A DNA stretch of 64,000 bases from Hypanus sabinus (Eukaryota), in assembly GCF_030144855.1 (NCBI RefSeq), contig NC_082709.1:53258001-53322000 (forward strand), in the 5' to 3' direction. A program made the translations under genes and the position numbers. How positions within the stretch are numbered: the stretch's first letter is position 1; every line of letters starts with the position of its first letter. Shown piece by piece: positions 52,332 to 64,000 of the stretch. The notes beneath the pieces are model-generated. The model was not told the DNA's origin, ran no database searches, and worked only from the letters and a program-made list of their open reading frames with translations.

Positions 52332-52865
52332 TGTAATGCCCTGGGAAAGGTTTCACTGCTAATGTAATAGTTTCTCTGTAGCAGCAGTGTTTGGGTCATG
52401 GCTAGAGATAATGGAGGCTTTGGAATGTGCACCATCCAATGAAGGGAGTCCTTTTTCTTATTGAGTGCCTGAGAACGAGGAGATCTGGGTCTTTTGTTCA
52501 GCGGAAGATGAAAAGAGAAGATGCCTGAAAGGAGTGGACTTGGAGGGGAGTCGATGAAGCCTGGGGAAAATCAATGGAGGACCACCAGAAGGGAAACGGT
52601 GAGCTCCAAACTGCACATTAGACTGTTCCATTAAAATGGGCCCTTTTCCTTTACTAACCCTCCAGTCAAATTACGAATTATAAAGCTAAATCATTTAATT
52701 GCATATAGTGTACTGTCTGTTATTTCATAGTACTGGTTTGTAACAGGGTAACACATCACACAGCATCCTCACAAACAAGCAGTTTTGCACCTCAGATTTC
52801 ACGCGTTTGGCGGAACCAGAGACTGCCTTCCCCAGACTCATTGCTGGCCAAACCTAAGGGTTACA
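52332..52865 (+). mobile_element. Solo LTR
   Basis: TGTAA...TTACA termini, 4-bp TSD TATA; same family as 28875-29669. Confidence 0.75.
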
Positions 52866-53994
52866 TATACACTTACAAGTACTAGGAGTTTGCTCTTCGC
52901 TGTTGGCTTTTAGTTTGACATACAACAAAAAATAACATTTATCAATTATAAAATATAAAGAACTATATGAAATATAAACAGAAGTTAAAATAAAAATATG
53001 TAGTAAAATGTGCACAAATACCAGCATGTATTTGCAACATAAACACCATTATAAAAAGTGGTTTAAGGAGTTTACAGTGTAGTGCAGTGACTGAGGTACT
53101 AGATAGAGGGGGATGGGGGATAAGTAGAATGTTTGGACAAGTGCAGGCAAAATGCTGCTCTGGGTAGAAGGACTGTGTGGTGTCTGGATGATGGTTAGGA
53201 GACAGAGATTGGCTGTTGTATGAAAAGGGACTGCAGATGATCTATCTGTGCAGTCCTTTGGGGAATATCACTCCATGCCTTCCATCTACCCAACAAACAC
53301 TGCTCCCCTTGACTCTGTGATCCTGTCCTTACTCAGGATCTTTCTACTCCTTTCATTCTGATGACAGGCTTGCTTTAGCCACTTCATCAAGCACTCTTCG
53401 AAAGTTCAAGGACAGCGCTTTGAACTGATTGTTTGATGAAACATCTCAATCATTGATCAAAGGTAATTTGTCTGTCATAATTAATGCTGGGTTTACTTTA
53501 CTCATCCATCTGAATGATTAATAATTTTGGGTACACTAAGTGATGGAGGAACTCAGCAGGTCAGGTAGCATCCATACAGATGTTTGCTTGGAAAGCACTG
53601 TTTTGGCAAGCCCAGGAAAAGCTTCCCATGTGTCTGTTAAATACAAAAGAGATGTCCTGTGTTGTCTTGGATACAGAAAATGTATGAGCTGTTTGAATGG
53701 GATTCACTGAATTAAAATAATGCAGCAATATTGTTGAGGAGAGAAACAGTTCACTTCATGAAGATATAGAAGCATGTGGTAAAACTTAGCCATTGCAGAG
53801 ACCAATCAAAAGACAATTTCCCAAAGGTTGCTGGAACCTGGAACTGCCTTGCTTAGAAGACTGGAGTTGATGGAGCAACTTAAGGCTTTATGAAGGGGGC
53901 AGATGGATTTCTGTGACATTGTTACCTAAAGGTTTCAGGGTCACATAATTAAATGGCACAGATCAGCCACAATACTACTGAATAGTCAAGGCCC

Positions 53995-54835
53995 ATTCAG
54001 AATCAAGTTTATTATCACTGAAATTGCTGTGAAATGTGTTGGTTTGCAACAGCAGTATGTGCAACACATAAAAAATCTATGTTACAATAAAAAATATTTT
54101 AAGAATAAGTACTGCAAAAAGAGAGCTAAGTGTTCATAGGTTCATGGTCTCTTCAAAAATCTGATAGCAGAGGGAAAGAAACTATTCCTAAAATGTTGAG
54201 TGTGTACCTTCAGGCTCTTGCACCTCCTCCCTATGGTGCCAATGAGAGGAGGACATGTTGTGGATGCTGAGGGTATTAATGATGGATGTTGCCTCCTTGA
54301 GGCATTGCCTTTTGAAGATAACCTCAATGGTGGGAAAGCTAGAATCCATGAAGGAGCTTGCTGAGCTTACAACCCTGTGCAGCTTTTTCTGGTCCTGTGC
54401 ATTGGCGCCTCCATATCAGATGATAATGCATCAGAATGTCAGAATGCTTTCCACGGTGCATCTGTAGAAATTTGCAAGAGTCTTTGGTGACGTACCAAAT
54501 CTTCCCAGACTCCTAATGAAATGTAGTCACTGGTGTGCCTTCTTCATAATTGCATCAATGTGTTGAGCTCAGAATAGATCTTCAGATAATTTGAGACTTT
54601 GGAGCTAGAAACTGCTCACCCTTTCCACGGATGGCTCCTCAATGAGAACTGGTACGTCTTCTCCCAAATTTGCCTTCCTGAAAACCACAATCAGTTCCTT
54701 GGCCTTACCAACATTGAATGCAAGATTGTTGTTATGACACCACTTAACCAGCCAAAATCTCCCTTCTGTATGGCTGCTCATCACCATCTGAGATTCTGCC
54801 AACAACAGTTATGACATTGTCAAATTTATAGGTGG
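53995..54835 (-). mobile_element. Rex1/Babar-type LINE 3' fragment
   Basis: WCHNNNLAFNVGKAKELIVVFRK; FRNSFFPSAIRFL. Confidence 0.8.
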
Positions 54836-55199
54836 TGTTCTGGTGTTATTGCAGATCAAATTCACCTTTTAAAAATGTATAGAGTGTAAGGATGATGCTG
54901 CCAATGCCAATCTTGACATTCCATTCCATTTGGAAGAAGAGTTTGCAGATCCTCATATAGCTACAATATCGACTGAAACTTCGCTTCAATCAGCAACGTG
55001 ATGAGGAAAAACCAGCCACAGCTATTGAATTTTGTCATGAAAATGATTAACTCAAATGCACTGCACAGCAAAAACTTCTCACAAGGTAACTGGATTCAAA
55101 TCTTCCTACTTCTAAAACAAATTGCAATTCACTAACATTGAAAAGATGACAACCTAGTTCTTGTTCAAAATACAATTTTTGTGCTGATGTTGACATCTG

Positions 55200-56700
55200 C
55201 TATAGGCAGCCATTTTTCTCTAAACTAATTATTTTGACATTCTCACTTTTGCTCTCTACTCACTCCCCACAAACAGCACGCAGCCCAGGAGGTATAAAAC
55301 CTGACTATAGGTTCAGCAACACTGTCAACAATTCCTCATCCAAAACAAATCCCTCAGAAAAGCACCAATGCTTGGAGTGTTCAATAGTTTCTGTTATTGG
55401 GAGCATGTTGCAGAGAAAGCTTTGAAATGGGGCTCAGAGTTTTTTCAGACTCTCCTCTGCTGTAAATGCTGCAACAAACTGAATTTATTGTATGAGCAAA
55501 TGGGCAATCTGCACATCACAGTGAGGGTCAATCCATGACCATGGGCCAAACTGTCCCAAGGACCCGTGAGTCAAATATCTGAGCAGTAACACTGTTGTAA
55601 GTGTGACTACATGGCCGTGAGCATGTAAGGTGCTTCCCACACTATTAATTGATTTGGCACAAGGTGACTTAAACAAAATAACACATTCTGATATAACTTT
55701 CTCAGAGATCACACTGGGGCTTTGCAATATCTTGTTCTTGGAATCTCGTTTGCCTGTTTCAGAGTGAATGCTTCAGTTCCTGGGTACTGGATTAGTCCTA
55801 ATCCTTGCCATCAATTTAACTGCACGTTTGATCACTTACATATGCGCAAACTGTGACGATGCATACTTCAGAGTGAACTGGGGAATGTATCCCACACAAA
55901 ATTGGCCAGCATATAAAGAGGCCGTCTGTTCACGGGCTACCCACAAACCATCTTGAACATGATCCCACTGCTCCCAGTGAATGACTAATCTGTTACACCC
56001 GCACACAGCACAGTGGATCACCTGAATGGTCAGCTCTGCTCAGTAATGCTCAACTGCATGAAATCATCAGCATGTGTTTACAGAGCAGATTAACCAAACA
56101 CTGCCTGTTTCACCCACTGAAAATGAATGAGTTAAGGTTAACGTTATTGGAACGATGCCTGGGAAATCTTGGCAGGGCTGAGAGATGTGCAGCACACCAC
56201 AAGATAACCTGTGCAGCTGATGTTTCTGAATGCCCTTTCGTCAGCACCTTGGAAAAGGTGGAGCACTTCAGTTCTGTGTCCATCTCCAATATCACGCTTA
56301 AAGTTACCTGCTCGTAGGTGACCAAGTAAGTGTTGGATTGGTGATGTCAAGAAACAGTCTTATGAACAATAAACCTATTGAACTAGCCACTTTTCAATGG
56401 CTCCAGTAACATCCTGTGTTAGGTGCAGCTGGCACCAAGGAATTGATCTACCAGAGTAGGAGAAATGATGTTAAAATCACAAAAAAAGGGATAGGATGGC
56501 ACGTTAAGAATGATAAGAAACTGCAGTTAGGAAATTTGTGATTCTGATTCTAATTTAATAGGAACTGAATAGAATGGCTCAGGGTTTTGTTGTGGTCAAT
56601 TGAGATGATCAGCTCCTAAAAATGAACAGCAGGTTGTGAGGTTTATTGATTTAAACTTGTCACCAAGAGAGTGAGAGTGAAGTGAAAACAGAAAATGCTG
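55200..56700. repeat. Diverged upstream block of unit D
   Basis: Shares anchors such as cagcccagga, aactgtcccaag, tatcccacacaaa, cacagtggatcacc, agattaaccaaacactg, aatgagttaaggtta. Confidence 0.75.
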
Positions 56701-56772
56701 GAAAGAAGTTAGTAGCTCTGGCATCAACCATAGAGAAATGTTCCTGTGGACTGGTCTTCAATCTGCAACATC

Positions 56773-56993
56773 NNNNNNNNNNNNNNNNNNNNNNNNNNNN
56801 NNNNNNNNNNNNNNNNNNNNNNNNNNNNNNNNNNNNNNNNNNNNNNNNNNNNNNNNNNNNNNNNNNNNNNNNNNNNNNNNNNNNNNNNNNNNNNNNNNNN
56901 NNNNNNNNNNNNNNNNNNNNNNNNNNNNNNNNNNNNNNNNNNNNNNNNNNNNNNNNNNNNNNNNNNNNNNNNNNNNNNNNNNNNNNNNNNNNN
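56773..56993. other. Assembly gap (N run)
   Basis: Run of N. Confidence 1.
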
Positions 56994-57009
56994 ATACAGA
57001 CTTTCTTTT

Positions 57010-57960
57010 GAGTCAGAGAATCATAGAACATTACAGCACAGAAACAGGCCCTTTGACCCATCTAGTCTCTGCCAAACCTTTTAAAACTACCAATTCCCAT
57101 TGACCTGCGCCTGTTAAACAGCCTGATCTTTCTATTTCTGGCCTCACTTGCATGTGGCATGGATAGCAATCCTGAGATCACAACCTTGGAGGCCCTGACC
57201 TTTAACTTAGCACCTAACTCCGTGAACATTGCAGAACATTGTTACTCTTCCTACGTAACTCGTGAATACCTAAACAGACCACGACCTCTGCTGCTGAGGA
57301 CTTGATCTGAGATCCTGGCACCCAAGAGGCTGCGTACTATCCAGGAACTTTGTTCTTGTCCACAGAACCTTCTTTCTGTTCCCCAAACTAATAATTTGCC
57401 TCTTGTCCCTCCTTCCCTTCTGGGTCACAGAGTCAGACTCAGTGCCAAGGACATGACTGCTGTGACTTTCCTGTGCTAGGTCATTCTCCACCCCCACCCC
57501 CCCCCCCAACAGTATCCAAAGTGTACCTGTTGTTGAGGGAGTTGGCCACAGGGGTACTTTGCATTGACTTCTGAACACCTTTCCCCTTCCTGATTCACCT
57601 ATTTCCCCAGTTTCTGCACCTTGAGTGTAACTACCTCTCTATATATCCTATTTATCACACACTCAGCCTCTCTAGAGTTCATCCAGTTCCAGCTCCAAAT
57701 CCTCAATGCGAAGTGTTAGAAGCTGCAGCTGGATGCACTTCTCACAGGTGAAGTCGTCAGGGACACTGGCGGTCTCCCCGCTTTCCCACATCCTGCAAGA
57801 GGAACATTCAACTGTTCTGTCTGGCATCCCTACTGCTCTAACTGTGTAAATATAAAAAAGCCGACAGCTTTTTCGTCTTCTCTCACATAAGCCTCTCCTC
57901 ACTGAAGCCTCAAATAACCACTCTAACACTGTACACTTCAACAATGGCCACTCCGCTTGC
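57010..57960 (-). mobile_element. CR1 LINE ORF1 region (zinc finger/leucine zipper), decayed
   Basis: VECSSCRMWE...FTCEKCIQLQLLTLRIEDLELELDEL. Confidence 0.75.
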
Positions 57961-60900
57961 AACTGCCTTATTTTAATTTGTTCTTGCCAATCAATTGTGT
58001 TTGCTGATTCAATACACAGAACCACCGCAGATCAATGCCTTATGTACTCAATTGGCGAACCTGAGTGAGGTACATCTTCTCACCTTTCAATTGCCGATTA
58101 GCCACCCAAATCTTATTTCAGATTTGCAGTGCCTGCAGCTATTGGGGAGCCATGGTAGCGTAGGAGCAAGTGCATGCTATTACAGCTTGGTACATCGCAG
58201 TTCGTAGTTCAATCCCAGCATCCTCAGTAAGGAGACTCGGTATGTCCTTCCTGTGGAATGTGTAGATTTTCTCCGGGTGTTCTGGTTTCCTCCCACTGTC
58301 CCTATCTCCTTCAACATGCCTTAATTCCAATCGTTAGATTCCCAGTTGCTGCTAGTTCACTTAATTACAGCACACCTGGTTTCCATCAGAGACTGCAGGA
58401 TAGGCGAGTTACCAGTTTGTTGGTTGATTCCCATGCATTAACTTCATTTCCCGACCACTCAGAACCGTTAATTCTAAGTTCAGCTCTAGTTTCCAGTCTT
58501 TCCATAAAAACCCCGTCTCCGTGTCAAGACTCTATATCAGAGCTCTGTGTCAAGATTCCTCCTGGTTATGTGTTCCACGTTCACGACTGTGCAAGCACCT
58601 CTCAACCCCATTTCTGCGTCTGTGTCCAGCCCTCGGGCTCACCCCCAGTCGCTCCGTGTAACACCCACAATGTACCGAGTAGGTTAATTGGTTATTGTAG
58701 ACTGTCCCACGATTAGATTTGGGTTAAATGGGGTTGTCTGGGTTGCTGGGCAGCATGGCTCAGGGGTCCAGAAGGGCCTATTCTACATTGTATCTCTAAA
58801 TAAAATAAAATAAAGTATTTTAGTTTTCACCTTGTGTGAACTGAGGGCTGAAGACTCTTCATGTGGAGCAGCTAGAAATATCCTTGTCCTTCAACCTGGA
58901 CACATTAAAGGAAGGTTATAAAAGCAATATGAAATAATTCTAATAATGATTAGACCAGCTGACAGTGTTCTACCCTGTTATCTCTTGTCCCACCCCTTCT
59001 CTGCAACATTTTACACTGACTAGATTCCTCCTTTATTTCCAGCCTGGATGAAGGGACTGAAACCAAAACGTTGCCTGTCTGCCTCCCACCATAGATGCTG
59101 CCTGACCTGCAGAGTTTCTCTAACGCCTTTGTGTGTTACTCCAGATTTCTACCATCTGCAGTTTCTAGTATCTGCTGAATTAGAACATACAGTGAGACAT
59201 TACAACACACTACAGGCCTTTTGGCCCATGAAACTGTGCTGAACTTCAAACCTACTCTAATATCAATCTGCCCTCCCACATTGTCCTCCATTTTTCTTTC
59301 ATCCATGTACCTATGGGCCTTTTAAATGTCCCTGATGTATCTGCCTCTACTCCACTCCAGGCAGCCTATTCCATAGACCTCTGTGTATAAAACTTACTTT
59401 GGACATCCACTTTTAATTTCATTCAATCACCTTTAAATTATTTCACCTTGTGTTAGTAATTTCTACCCTGAGAAAGGGTCTCTGGCTGTCTACTTGACCT
59501 ATGCCTCTTCCCATCTACACCTCTGTCAAGTCGCCTCTCATCCTCCTTCACTCTAACCTATCCTCATAAGCCCTGCTCTGCAATGCAAGCAGCATTCTGG
59601 TAAATCTGCCCTGTACCCTCTCTACAGCATCCACATCATCCCTATATTTTCCAAGATGGCGCTGAACTGTGACCTCTGTTGAGCTGCTGCTCAGAATTAG
59701 TTGTTTGTAATTGTATAATTGTTTAAATTTTAATCACTTTTAGACCTGTAAGGATGGTTTGGGGAGAAAGGGAGATAGGGGTCAGGTTAGGATTTAGGGA
59801 CAAGTATGTGTGGGAATTAGAGCTTAGGCCGGAGTCTAAGTTTCTTCTCGGTGTTATAAGACCAGCAACATAGACATGGGACATCCATGGTCGGAGGTCC
59901 AATGTCTGATATTGCTCCTGAACAGAGTGGATGAGGACACCACCAGCTAGCAATGATCCAGAGTTGGAGTTTCACGTGAGGAGGAGGAATAAGTTCTGAT
60001 TATTCCTCTTGATTTGTGAATCATTGAGACTGGTATTCAAGGCCTGAGGCTTGGGTTCTGTTATCAATGAGTATGGAATTTGAGGCCAGTTGTTCTGTGA
60101 TTGGTGTGTCCTGGGATCGATGACAAGGATCGGGGACTGAGGATGAATTGGTAGTCCAGAAATCAAGGCCCATGGGCTTGAAACAAGTCTGCAGGTCTCT
60201 GTGAGTTCACTGGAGAGGTCGAAGTTCAATGTTTCTCCTGAGGTTAAAGAATTGTCTATGTGTGAGGGCGTGAGGGAGCGACAGGGCTTAATTTTGCTGT
60301 TCTCCTTCATTGCTTGTTGAGCTCAATGTTTCTCTGCCGAGCATTGTGGGCACGCTATGTTACACTGGAATGTGTGGTGACTTTTATGGGCTGCCCCAGC
60401 ACAGCCTCGACTGTGTTGGTTGCTAACACTAATGACGCATTTCACTGTATGCTTTGATGGATATGCAACAAATAAACTTGAATCTATTTGGAACCTATTT
60501 CAATCTGTAATGAGGCAACCAGAATTGAACACAATATTCCAAATGTGGTCTAACCAGGGTTATATAGTAGTGCAGCTTAACCTTGAGGCAATTGCATGAT
60601 AATGGAGACCAACACACCGTACGCCTTCTTAACAACACTATTAATATTTATGGCAACATTAAGGGACCAATAATGGACATTGAACCAAAGATCCCTCTAT
60701 TCCTTTGCATTTTTAGGAATCCTGCCACTAACCCCGTATTCTGCCTTCAAATTCAACTTTCCAAATGGAAATGCTTCACAATGAAATGTATCCTTGTGGA
60801 TGCCAAATCTGACTGGAGATATTCCTGAAGAAGTCAGCAAATGAACTATCTGATCTGCCCACAAAGTTTTTTTTAACCTCCATCACTAATGTCATCAATA

Positions 60901-61244
60901 TCATACAGAAATGATCATAGAAAATGAAATAATACAAGACTTCTCTAAACAAACTGGGGATTTATCTCTCAGGTTCATTGCAGCAGTCTCTTGGGAATTC
61001 CAAAACATTCCTGGAAAATTGGAAATGCCCTGCAGTAAATCACCACTGAGTTGAGTTTACCTACAGGTGACTTCATATACATTTGAGAAGATTGTTTCTT
61101 CTCCTCTGTAACTTTATAATTTCAGATACATTTTTTGTCTAGTAGGAGAATTAAGGGTTATAGGGAAAAGGCAGGTAGGTGGGGATGAGTCTATGATCTT
61201 ATGATGGGCCAGATGGCCTGTTCCTGCTCCTATTTCTTATGTTC

Positions 61245-61435
61245 TTATATTCCAAGGAATAAAAAAATGAACAGACTCAGTTTCGCACTAAATCTAAACA
61301 TGATGACAATACCAGGAAGAAGCTCTGTCCATAATTTGAGCACACCTTCATCTGGTTCCAGTGCCCACGGTTAGTATGCTGAGCAAATATGAGTCAGTGT
61401 TTGAATGTGTTGGAGGTGCAGTATATAAAGACCAA
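61245..61435 (+). promoter_or_regulatory. Proximal promoter of copy D (TATA box)
   Basis: Diverged copy of the block: GCAAATA, TGAGTCA (AP-1 consensus, 61390-61396), TATATAAAGAC. Confidence 0.7.
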
Positions 61436-61513
61436 AGGCAGTGAGGTGAGGGCAGAGAGGAAAGTAACTCCTTCTCTCTGAGAAACCAGGCGGTCCATCC
61501 CACTTGAGGCAGA

Positions 61514-62977
61514 ATGAAATCCTTCCTGCTCACTCTCGCTGCCATGCAGATCCTGCACTGCTCAGGTAAGTACTGGGGAGATAGAGACCTCAGAAAGCAG
61601 TAAGTTGTTGGTTCGGTGCCTTAGTCAATGATATTTCATCCATGCGTAAGCGGAATTCAATTAGGTTCATTGGAATCTGTTCTACAACCTTCCCTCTCCC
61701 TCTGCAGGAGTGCCACGCACCAAGGAAGCTCTGAGAGCCTCAGTAATAAAGCTGAATGAAATCACCGAGATCCCCAACCTCTGTGGTATCTCCAGGAGAG
61801 GCGTGACAAATGTAAGTGTGTCCTTGGCTAATCGTAGTTCACAAAATATGGATGCGTCTGGGTGCAGGTTAATTTGCTACTAAAACTTACCCTAAGGGTA
61901 GGTTAGCAAGAACAAAAATCAAATGGGAGATGATGCTATGTGATAGGGAGAAAAACTTGCAGAAGATGATATTATATAAAGAGTTTTCCATGTATATCAG
62001 ATCAGTACTTCGAATTCTCAATCAATATTTCAGTTGTGGAACTCTGATTGCGCCAAAGTTTTATAATTAAGTTTGGAAATTCTTCCAGTCTTTGATTTGG
62101 AAATCACTGAAAGTTTTCACAAATATTGTTTGCTAATTTCCTCCCATAATTAAGGGTTCCTGCAAACTGAGTATCCTTATCATGACAGTTTAAGTGGCAA
62201 TTTTCCATTGAACAAATTAATTATCTTGTCTATTTTGACTAATCTAGTGTACCATCATCTGTAAATAAAACCCTGTGTAGCTCTGCTCTTTGTCAGACCA
62301 GTGGAAGAGCAGTAGAGATAACAATGCACTAATAACCTCCTTTCCTCTCTTCAGACATATTGCACAGGTAACCTGTCATACGGCGTGGATTTAACATTCT
62401 CTGTGAAAGAAACTGTCTGCTCCAAGAATTCTGGACAGGAATTTGATGATCCCAGCTGCTCCTTCCACTCTAAAAACATTGCGGTGAGTCCAGAGTTATA
62501 TTAGATCTTGCAAGTGCTTGTATGTTTTAGGATTAAAACACAAACTATAATTACAACCCTTTTCATAGAAATGACCATACATATATGTAGCTATATCTAA
62601 TTAAAGGCTAAGAATTGTGTTAGATCATAATCACATAGATTTTGTGTGTTGCTTGGTATCATGAATAATTTCCATTCATTATGCTTCATTCTAACAGGAG
62701 AAAGGGTTTTGCAAAAGCCATGTGGAATTTTTTGCTGATAAGGTAGCTGACGTTGATGTGGAGTGTGGTGGTCTGAAGACAGTTGACAGTGAGAGTGATT
62801 TGACAGAATCGAGTGAAAACAGTATTGAGGTAACTGCATTCATACAATTCAGCGCAATCGAATTTCTAACAGAAGATCCTTTACTGAACATTTCATTGTT
62901 TATGTATGCTGACGAATATCTTTATCTTACAGGCGCAAAGCAAATCAAATGAAACATCACTTGAGGAAACCTCAAAT
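61514..62977 (+). CDS. SPP2: SPP2-like SxE-repeat secreted phosphoprotein, copy D (partial, exons 1-5; continues past window end)
   Basis: Exons 61514-61565 (MKSFLLTLAAMQILHCSG), 61708-61811, 62355-62483, 62698-62829, 62933-62977 (AQSKSNETSLEETSN). Canonical splice sites, no stops. Intron 5 homologous sequence runs to 64000. Confidence 0.85.
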
Positions 62978-63087
62978 GTGAGTATTAATAAGAAATTTAT
63001 CAGATTTTTTTCTCGTTGATCTCAATTGTTCATGATGGGGTGATTATAATTGTTAGCAATGAAATGTTAAGTTCTCCATTAGGAATA

Positions 63088-63622
63088 GAAACATAGAAAC
63101 ATAGAAAATAGATGCAGGAGTAGGGCATTCAGCCCTTCGAGCCTGCACCGCCATTCAGTATGATCATGGCTGATCATCCAACTCAGAACCCTGTACCTGC
63201 TTCTCTCCATACCCCCGATCCCTTTAGTCACAAGGGCCATATCTAACTTCCTCTTAAATATAGCCAATGAACTGGCCTCAACTGTTTCCTGTGGCAGAGA
63301 ATTCCACAGATTCACCACTCTCTGTGTGAAGACGTTTTTCCTCATCTCGGTCCTAAAAGGCTTCCCCTTTATCCTTAAACTGTGACCCCTTGTTCTGGAC
63401 TTCCCCAACATCGGAAACAATCTTCCTGCATCTAGCCTGTCCAATCCCTTTAGAATTTTATATGTTTCAATAAGATCCCCTCTCAATCCACTAAATTCCA
63501 GTGAGTATAAGCCTAGTCAATCCAGTCTTTCTTCATATGAAAGTCCTGCTATTCCAGGAATCAATCTGGTGAACCTTCTCTGTACTCCCTCTATGGCAAG
63601 AATGTCTTTCCTCAGATTAGGG
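63088..63622 (-). mobile_element. Young CR1 3' fragment in intron 5 of copy D
   Basis: RMRGDLIETYKILKGLDR...TRGHSL...VVNLWNSLP; (tttctatg)n tail; absent in A, B and C. Confidence 0.9.
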
Positions 63623-64000
63623 GATGAGATAGTGGATGAGACAGCATGTTATCCCAGTCTGATGTGTAGGGAGGGAATTCTAATATTAGATTTCAGTGTG
63701 TGATGAGTTGCTTCTCTGCTGGAGATGAACTGAGCATCAGCAGAACAGGACTACAGGAGAAGTGTCTGTCAGACTCTCATCACTGAGGTTCACCAAGTAC
63801 CAATCCTTCCATGGATTCAATAAAACAGATGGTAATAATGCCTGTTTCACCTGTTGTAGGAATTTCCATTGGCCGTACACCATGCACTTAGCCAGGCATG
63901 TTTCTGAACATTGGTGTACCGTGGGGAATCAGACTTTTTATTGAGACTGCTGTAATTTAATGCTAAGTCATGGGATCATCATTCAGAAATATCAGGATTA

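Overview
Vertebrate genomic DNA, not prokaryotic. It is AT-rich, intron-containing and dense in CR1 and Rex1/Babar LINE fragments, hAT elements and LTRs; the repeat landscape suggests a cartilaginous fish, plausibly a ray (inference). The window is a head-to-tail tandem array of four ~17-21 kb duplication units (ATGs at 4272, 21660, 40566, 61514, all + strand). Each unit carries a multi-exon gene for a secreted SPP2/Spp24-like (cystatin-fold) protein. The usual SPP2 C-terminus is replaced by a Ser/Glu-rich tail built from five tandem 45-nt phase-0 micro-exons (consensus xxSKSKETSLEExSN), each with two FAM20C-type S-x-E sites. This architecture resembles casein/SCPP genes but sits on an unrelated scaffold. 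Three copies can be assembled as intact 10-coding-exon genes (224, 224 and 221 aa); the fourth runs off the window. Each unit also has a conserved TATA promoter and a conserved unexplained upstream block. Two units have a 49-bp minisatellite carrying a CTCF-core-like motif just after the poly(A) signal. A decayed ERV with env, a decayed hAT/Charlie transposon, solo LTRs and many LINE fragments fill the rest.
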